This document shows, piece by piece, positions 57,948 through 64,000 of a stretch of 64,000 nt of DNA. The position numbers were made by a program, and so were the translations under genes. Below the pieces are notes generated by a model. That model worked only from the letters and a program-made list of their open reading frames with translations, did no database searches and had not been told where the DNA came from. The stretch lies in NCBI GenBank assembly GCA_045159875.1, contig CP067995.1, forward strand, positions 448,001-512,000, given 5' to 3'. The DNA is from a cyanobacterium endosymbiont of Rhopalodia gibba (GTDB lineage Bacteria > Cyanobacteriota > Cyanobacteriia > Cyanobacteriales > Microcystaceae). Numbering within the stretch: position 1 is the stretch's first letter; each line of letters opens with the position of its first letter.

Positions 57948-59885
57948 ATGGTTTCCAATTCTTCGATCTTCCCTAAACTTTCTCGTCGTGCTGTCTTGAA
58001 ACTTTTAGGAATTGCATTACCTGGAGCAATATTAGGTTATTCTCGTTTTAGTAAACCCCAACCTTTTATCTATCAACAAGACGGCTTAAGTTTACCTTTT
58101 CGAGCAACTCAATCTAAATCTGTCGTCATAATTGGTGCAGGTTTAGCGGGATTAGCTTGTGCTTACGAATTAAGTCAACGAGGGTTTCGAGTAACTTTAT
58201 TAGAGAGAGCACCCAATCCAGGAGGTAAAATTGCCAGTTGGACAGTTCAAGTAGGTGGTGAAACTTTCAAAATGGAACATGGATTTCACGGGTTTTTCCC
58301 CCAGTATTATAACCTAAATAGTATTATTCAAGAATTGTCGATTACAAATAATTTTAAATCCTTAAAGTTTTATTCTCTTGTCTTCAAAGACAATATTTAT
58401 AGACCAGAAATTTTTTATCCAAGTCACTCAACTTTTCCCTGGAATATTATTGATCTTTGGTTTTTGTCTTCTAATCGTCTTCAATGGGGAATCAACTTAC
58501 TAAAACCCTCTCACTGGGAAGTTTTTCAAGCTATTGCAGGAGTTCAAATTCCTAAAACTTTTACAAAATTTGATAATATATCTGTGACTGAATGGGTGAA
58601 ACAAGGGTTTCCCAAAGGAATTTATAACTTATATTTTCTTCCCTTTGCTAAATCTACTTTAAATGCACCTGATATTTTGAGTGCAGGAGAATTATTGCAA
58701 TTTTTTCATTTTTATTTTTTTGGTAATCCTGAAGGTTTAGCTTTTAGTGGAACTAAAGATGATATGGGAACCAGTTTAGTTCAACCTTTTATTAAAGCAA
58801 TTGAAAAGAATGGGGGACAAGTTATTTCTGAAGGAATTGTTAATCAAATTATCTGTAACAACGAAAAAATTGTTTCTTTAACTTATCAACAGGGAAGCTC
58901 GCAAACTGAAGTTCCTTTTTGGGTAGAACGTAATGATTATTTGACTAATAGTCATGTAACATACTATGGTGCAGGTGATCAGGTTTTCATTGTTACTTCA
59001 AATCATCAAGAAGCAATTTCTTTAACGTGTACTCACCAAGGTTGTACGGTAAGTAGACAAACGGATGGAACTTTTTTATGTCCCTGTCATGGAACGTTAT
59101 ATGATGATCAAGGCAAAGTATTTAGAGGACCTGCAAAACAAAATTTACCCCGTTATAAAATAGACCAGCAGAAAAAAACATCAATTCAGTTAATTAGTGT
59201 TTCTACTTTATCTTTAAAAGAAGATAAAATGCTAGAAGCAGATTATTATGTTATGGCTACTGATGTGCCTGGAATTAAACAATTATGGGAGTTGGTAGAA
59301 GGAGATATTAATCCAAAAGTTACTCAACAAGTAGTAACTTTAACAACAGCTGATCCGTTTGCTGTTGCACGGTTCTGGTTTGACCAAGATTTTGAATGGA
59401 AATATAGTGATTTTACCTCTATTTCGGGATATAAACTAACCGATAGTATTACTCTTTATCACCATATTCAAAATCAGTTTATTGAGTGGTCAAAACACAC
59501 AGGAGGAAGTGTAATAGAGTTACACGCTTATTGTTATAAAGAAAAGGATTTTCCAAGTCAAGAATCTCTCTTGACAGCGTTTGAACAGGAATTATATGAA
59601 ATTGTTCCAAAATTAAAACAAGCTAACTGCTTAAATAGGGAATTAGTCAACCAGAAGAATTTTTCAGGTTATCCTCCTAATAGTTATAATGATCGTCTAA
59701 AAACTACAACAGAAATTCAAAATTTATACTTTGCTGGAGATTGGGTTAAAATGCCGTTTCCTTGTGGTTTAATGGAACGAGCAGTAAGTAGTGGACTTTT
59801 GGCTGCTAATGAAATTTTACATCAAGAAGGGTTACAAAGACGTACGTTGCTAACAGTTGCACCATCAGGATTGGTCAAAATCTAG
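57948..59885 (+). CDS. FAD-dependent oxidoreductase with inserted Rieske domain (CrtU/CruE-like carotenoid desaturase)
   Basis: Tat-like SRRAVLK, GAGLAGL FAD motif, MEHGFHGFF.QY, Rieske CTHQGC...CPCHG, FAGDW...LMERA. Confidence 0.85.
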   Translation: MVSNSSIFPKLSRRAVLKLLGIALPGAILGYSRFSKPQPFIYQQDGLSLPFRATQSKSVVIIGAGLAGLACAYELSQRGFRVTLLERAPNPGGKIASWTVQVGGETFKMEHGFHGFFPQYYNLNSIIQELSITNNFKSLKFYSLVFKDNIYRPEIFYPSHSTFPWNIIDLWFLSSNRLQWGINLLKPSHWEVFQAIAGVQIPKTFTKFDNISVTEWVKQGFPKGIYNLYFLPFAKSTLNAPDILSAGELLQFFHFYFFGNPEGLAFSGTKDDMGTSLVQPFIKAIEKNGGQVISEGIVNQIICNNEKIVSLTYQQGSSQTEVPFWVERNDYLTNSHVTYYGAGDQVFIVTSNHQEAISLTCTHQGCTVSRQTDGTFLCPCHGTLYDDQGKVFRGPAKQNLPRYKIDQQKKTSIQLISVSTLSLKEDKMLEADYYVMATDVPGIKQLWELVEGDINPKVTQQVVTLTTADPFAVARFWFDQDFEWKYSDFTSISGYKLTDSITLYHHIQNQFIEWSKHTGGSVIELHAYCYKEKDFPSQESLLTAFEQELYEIVPKLKQANCLNRELVNQKNFSGYPPNSYNDRLKTTTEIQNLYFAGDWVKMPFPCGLMERAVSSGLLAANEILHQEGLQRRTLLTVAPSGLVKI

Positions 59886-60499
59886 AATTTTTTATTCCTT
59901 TTTTTATTTATATATTGTTCATAAACATTTTAATGAAAAGAGAATTAATAAGAATCTTTCTTGAGCATTTAATATCTAGCCTATTTCTCCTAATGTTTTA
60001 GAAAATTTTAAAAAAAATAGAAAAATAGATAAACTTACTAATTTAAGTCCAAGATTTTATTTAGCTAAAGAAAGAGAAATGAGTCACAGAGAATAGCAAG
60101 CATAAATCATAAGAAACATAAAGATATAATCTAGACTAAGTCGTCTAAAAAATTAAGATTGAGTTAACAAACAAATTACTATTGCTATTATTTGCATTGA
60201 ATAAGTTTAATTAAACTAACAATAATTTTTTCGCACTAAAGCTAATTAAACATTATAAGACTAAGTGAAATTGATCAACTAAAAACGAAGGATAAAAGTT
60301 GAATAATATTTAAACTAAGTTAAGAATTAGTCTGGAATTTATGTGAATTGATACCTCTATTAATTAATAGTTTTATTTTAGTGTCTTGTGCTAGTATATT
60401 TTTTGAATTTTTCAGTATTAGTTGATAGTTTATCTGTTTCTTGAAAAGTTATTAACATAGTGTTGTTTATTTTATGTCCGACTACTGAATTTCTAGAGT

Positions 60500-61040
60500 T
60501 TGTAGACATCCTTCCCGGGGATATCACCAGACACCATTCCCTGAATACATAGGAAGAAGTAATAGTTGATTTAAATGGCTTTTACTTAAATTTATACTTT
60601 TCAACCTCATCTTATATTTTCCATTAAAAGACTTTCTATAGCAAAACGGGGAATTAGGCTCTTTGTGCCTAATTCAGGGTAAGTATAATCCCATCTTAAT
60701 TTAATAGGAAAACTGACAAGTTTACTGCCAAATCTTTGTACTGGGTACCCTTTTGGATAAAAGTCTTAGTGCCAAAAATAAGAGCATAGTTATCTCCTTC
60801 TGTCCAAAATACTATGAGCCAATTGTGTAACCCTGTCCAATCCGCTTTTCCATAGCTATATCTGGCTATAGAAATGACTTCATCCTCTGCTTGTTTAGCG
60901 AGAATTAAACTGTGATTGCTACTACCATTAGCTACGATCCAAATGTTTTTTAACCCTCTCTATATAGAGAGGGAATACCATCAATGATGATAGCTTCTTC
61001 ATTCCAAACAGGGATAACAACAAGAATATTCTCTATCCTG
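60500..61040 (-). pseudogene. Glycosyltransferase family 2 pseudogene
   Basis: NILVVIPVWNEEA...IVANGSSNHS...YSYGKA.WTGL, FLSKRVPSTKI, RRMSTNSRN; DNGS.D motif lost; stops present. Confidence 0.7.
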
Positions 61041-61186
61041 GTTCTATGATTAATATTCTTAACTTCAATCATCTCATTATCTCATCTAATTTTAAGCATC
61101 ACGTACTAGAATGTGGAGAGTAAGAATATATTAATATATTGAGTATCCATTATTAGAGTACACCCAAATTATTTCTAGAGAAAGTT

Positions 61187-61855
61187 ATGAAGCTAGTTGA
61201 TTTTCTCCTAATTATTCATCCGGTGACTGCTGTTATTTGTATCTTTCCTTTAATTGGTATTGTGTCTTATTTTGCTGGGCAAACCCGTCAAAAACGTTTA
61301 CAAATTTTAAATCATAATTTAAATAAGAAAAAAAGTGAAATTTTTCCATTAGTTGGACGAGAGCATGTTTTCATGGGACGTTGGTTATCAGGTTCGGTAG
61401 TTGGAGTTAGTTTGTTAGGATTAGCATATCCCATTGGGGAAAACATTATTAACAATCGACTTTGGTCAAATAATTTATTTTTCTTTCTTTTTATTTTGAC
61501 AATGTTTGCAGTTACCATTGCTGCTTTGGTAATTCTTCAACAAACACGACAGAAACATTGGCGAGTAGTTTTTGCAACTTTGACTGGAATAGGACTAGTG
61601 ATTTTAGGATTTCAAGACGGGGTATTCCGTCGAGATAGTCAATGGTACATGTCTCATTTCTATTTTGGGATTTTAGCTACTTTGCTGATGATTTTTTCTT
61701 TGGCTATCCTTGAAAATATTTATCAAGATTGTTCTAATCGTTGGCGTAGTGTTCACATTATTTTAAATTGTCTCGCTTTGTTATTATTTATAGCACAAGG
61801 TATAACAGGGATTAGAGATTTATTAGAAATTGGTAAATATAAACTTGGAGGATAA
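61187..61855 (+). CDS. DUF4079 membrane protein
   Basis: IHP, GREH..GRWL, WYMSHFYFG, WRSVHIILN, QGITG.RDLLEI. Confidence 0.8.
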   Translation: MKLVDFLLIIHPVTAVICIFPLIGIVSYFAGQTRQKRLQILNHNLNKKKSEIFPLVGREHVFMGRWLSGSVVGVSLLGLAYPIGENIINNRLWSNNLFFFLFILTMFAVTIAALVILQQTRQKHWRVVFATLTGIGLVILGFQDGVFRRDSQWYMSHFYFGILATLLMIFSLAILENIYQDCSNRWRSVHIILNCLALLLFIAQGITGIRDLLEIGKYKLGG

Positions 61856-61879
61856 TTCTGAATTAAATCTAGAAAAATT

Positions 61880-62147
61880 ATTCAGGACAGAACGATTTTA
61901 TGAGGTGAAAATTGTACTTAAATTCAGATATAGTTTTGGATATAAGGCATTAGGTTGTATCAAAAACAACTTTGAGGTAGAAAACACAGTTATCGCGCGC
62001 TTTATGAATTATTTCGATAACTTTCTCATCTTCAATCACGCCATACATATGGTCTTTGTCTCCAGGATTAAAAATTATCTCACCAGGGGAATAGATTGCT
62101 TTTGGTTAAAATTTAAAAAGTCGAACAGTTTACACTAGATTCAACAT
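61880..62147 (-). pseudogene. Small cyclic-nucleotide-binding domain protein pseudogene
   Basis: MLNLV*TVRLFKF*PKAIYSPGEIIFNPGDKDHMYGVIE...KVIEII resembles a cNMP domain start (GE.IF..G....MY.I.EG). Confidence 0.6.
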
Positions 62148-62747
62148 GATTTGAACCTTAACTTAAATAATAAACGTCGAATTGAGAGTAAACATGAAAG
62201 TTAAGAAAAAGTTTGGTATTATCAATAATCTCTAAGTGAATTGTGACATAATGACTTCATGTTGACCCCCATTAAAACTGTATCTTAACTATTTGGTTAG
62301 GTTTTTACTAAGTTTGACAATCATTTTTTTAGTATGTAATTTGGTATCAACAGTAGAAACAGAGTCTTAAGAACATGGAAAAGGATTATTTCCCATCAAT
62401 TTCATAGAGTTTTTCTTATAACTCCTTGACTGTGACCTCTTCAGTGCCAAATTCTGTGCCACTTACAAAATTACTACTGGTTATTTTGTAATAAGACTGC
62501 AAATATCTGAAATAGTTATAAATTTCAATAACAACTGATAATACTGAATAGTCTGTGCTCACAAATTCTTGCCGTTTATTCTTGATGCTAATCAATTTAA
62601 GTACATAATATAATCTCCCTTAGAACCTCACACCTTGTCTTATATTTATATAGCAAATCACAAAAAAAAATGGACCATATTTTATTTTTTTATGAAAAAT
62701 TCTTTTCCGAAACAAATAAAAAATACTACAGAAGCCAGTGGACTATT

Positions 62748-63278
62748 TTAATTGAGAATCCGTACATCAATAGTACTAGTGTTAAAGTTATAATCTTTTC
62801 CTTCTAATTCAATTAACGTACCAATTTTAACCTTTTGATTTCCTAACACTGCCCCTGTGTCCGTAATGTAGGCTTCTCCTCCCAAGGTCAAAATCATATC
62901 CTTAAAAAATACGACTTCTGGTCTAGGATCGGGAAGTGCTTTGACAGATCCATCAGGTTGAGGAACTACTGTTGTACGGGGAAGGGGCTGAATATCTTTA
63001 ACATAAACTTCCCCCGCTGGTTGATTACGAATAACAATATTAGTTTTTTTCGCGTTTTCAAATTGTTGAATTAACGACTCAGGATTGCGCACTCCTAAAC
63101 CTCGAACAATAACATCAACTTCGATAGGTTTCTTTGATGCTTGCGCGATGGTATTCACCCCTGATTTTCCAGGAACAATAAAAATACCGATAATCACCAA
63201 GAAAATAATGAAGGCCGCACCAAGATCCAAAATACTAACTTTAGCGAATAAACGTCCTTTAGAATCTAATAGCTTCAT
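62748..63278 (-). CDS. DUF4330 protein
   Basis: MKLLDSKGRLF.KVSILDLGA, IRNQPAG, PQPDGSVKALPDPRP. Confidence 0.85.
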   Translation of the reverse strand: MKLLDSKGRLFAKVSILDLGAAFIIFLVIIGIFIVPGKSGVNTIAQASKKPIEVDVIVRGLGVRNPESLIQQFENAKKTNIVIRNQPAGEVYVKDIQPLPRTTVVPQPDGSVKALPDPRPEVVFFKDMILTLGGEAYITDTGAVLGNQKVKIGTLIELEGKDYNFNTSTIDVRILN

Positions 63279-63496
63279 AATAAGATAGTTAATTTAGAGT
63301 TCAATTAGGTCAAAATCAAGAATTTGTATAAAAACTTGTTTTAGGATATCTAGTCCAACATGTTACAAGCCGAGGCAATTCTACCATAGTATTTGACTAT
63401 ATTTTACTAAGCAGACACAACGACAGGTTGAAAGTATCCCACATTCTCTTAGGATTGATATCCTAAATAATAAGAACAAACTGTTAATTTGAATCT

Positions 63497-64000
63497 ATGC
63501 AGCCCCAATCTTTCTCTCAATCTCCCGTTTCTATTCCTTTCTCTACTCGCAGTGCTTTCGTCAGACGCACCACCAAGGAAACCGATGTGATAGTATCCCT
63601 AAATTTGGATGGTCAGGGAATTTGTCATGCAGCAACGGGAATTCCTTTTTTAGACCATATGATTAATCAAATTGCTTCTCATGGGTTAATTGATTTAGAT
63701 GTAAAGGCTACAGGAGATTTAGGAATTGATGATCACCATACTAATGAAGATGTAGGCATTACCCTTGGTCAAGCATTAGCCGAAGCGTTAGGCGATCGCA
63801 AGGGAATAACCCGGTTTGGACATTTTATCGCCCCTTTAGATGAAGCGTTAATTCAAGTAGCTTTAGATTTTTCGGGACGACCTCATTTGAATTATGGGTT
63901 AGAAATTCTCACCCAACGAGTAGGGACCTATGATACTCAACTAGTCCGTGAATTTTTTGTAGCATTGGTTAATCACAGCCAAATAACTTTACATATTCGT
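63497..64000 (+). CDS. hisB: Imidazoleglycerol-phosphate dehydratase (runs off the window end)
   Basis: [38 protein letters not shown]; open frame to the end of the window. Confidence 0.95.
   Translation, partial: MQPQSFSQSPVSIPFSTRSAFVRRTTKETDVIVSLNLDGQGICHAATGIPFLDHMINQIASHGLIDLDVKATGDLGIDDHHTNEDVGITLGQALAEALGDRKGITRFGHFIAPLDEALIQVALDFSGRPHLNYGLEILTQRVGTYDTQLVREFFVALVNHSQITLHIR

Noticed and set aside
61830..62138. 102-aa plus-strand ORF
   Set aside because: Antisense to a recognisable cNMP-domain pseudogene and has no motif of its own.

Overview
AT-rich cyanobacterial DNA (Cyanothece/Rippkaea/Crocosphaera-like proteins, residual HIP1 sites) undergoing strong reductive evolution. My summed intact CDS length is only about 32 of 64 kb. 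The rest is pseudogenes, eroded IS elements (ISL3, IS982, IS630) and AT-rich spacer. Photosynthesis-linked genes are broken (chlG, pam68), as are an ndhD, a cbiX/sirB-type chelatase, a tamB-like gene and others. Housekeeping, cofactor and cytochrome b6f-related genes are intact (rpsO, aroF, birA, pheT, lipA, ligA, metK, cysK, nnr, petP, CCB2/CCB4-family gene, hisB). The pattern best fits a non-photosynthetic cyanobacterial endosymbiont such as a rhopalodiacean diatom spheroid body; this is an inference, as no nif genes lie in this window. Notable features: a cluster of long, mutually unrelated perfect palindromes (up to 52 bp) in decayed DNA; a recent 73-bp triplication that rewrote the wzt C-terminus and broke its ATGA coupling to the next gene; a rimK / M14-peptidase pair retained after loss of its protease partner; intact get3d-like, long kaiB-domain and cruE-like genes; and a possible hexokinase relic. 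All pseudogene and IS boundaries are approximate and were read by eye.
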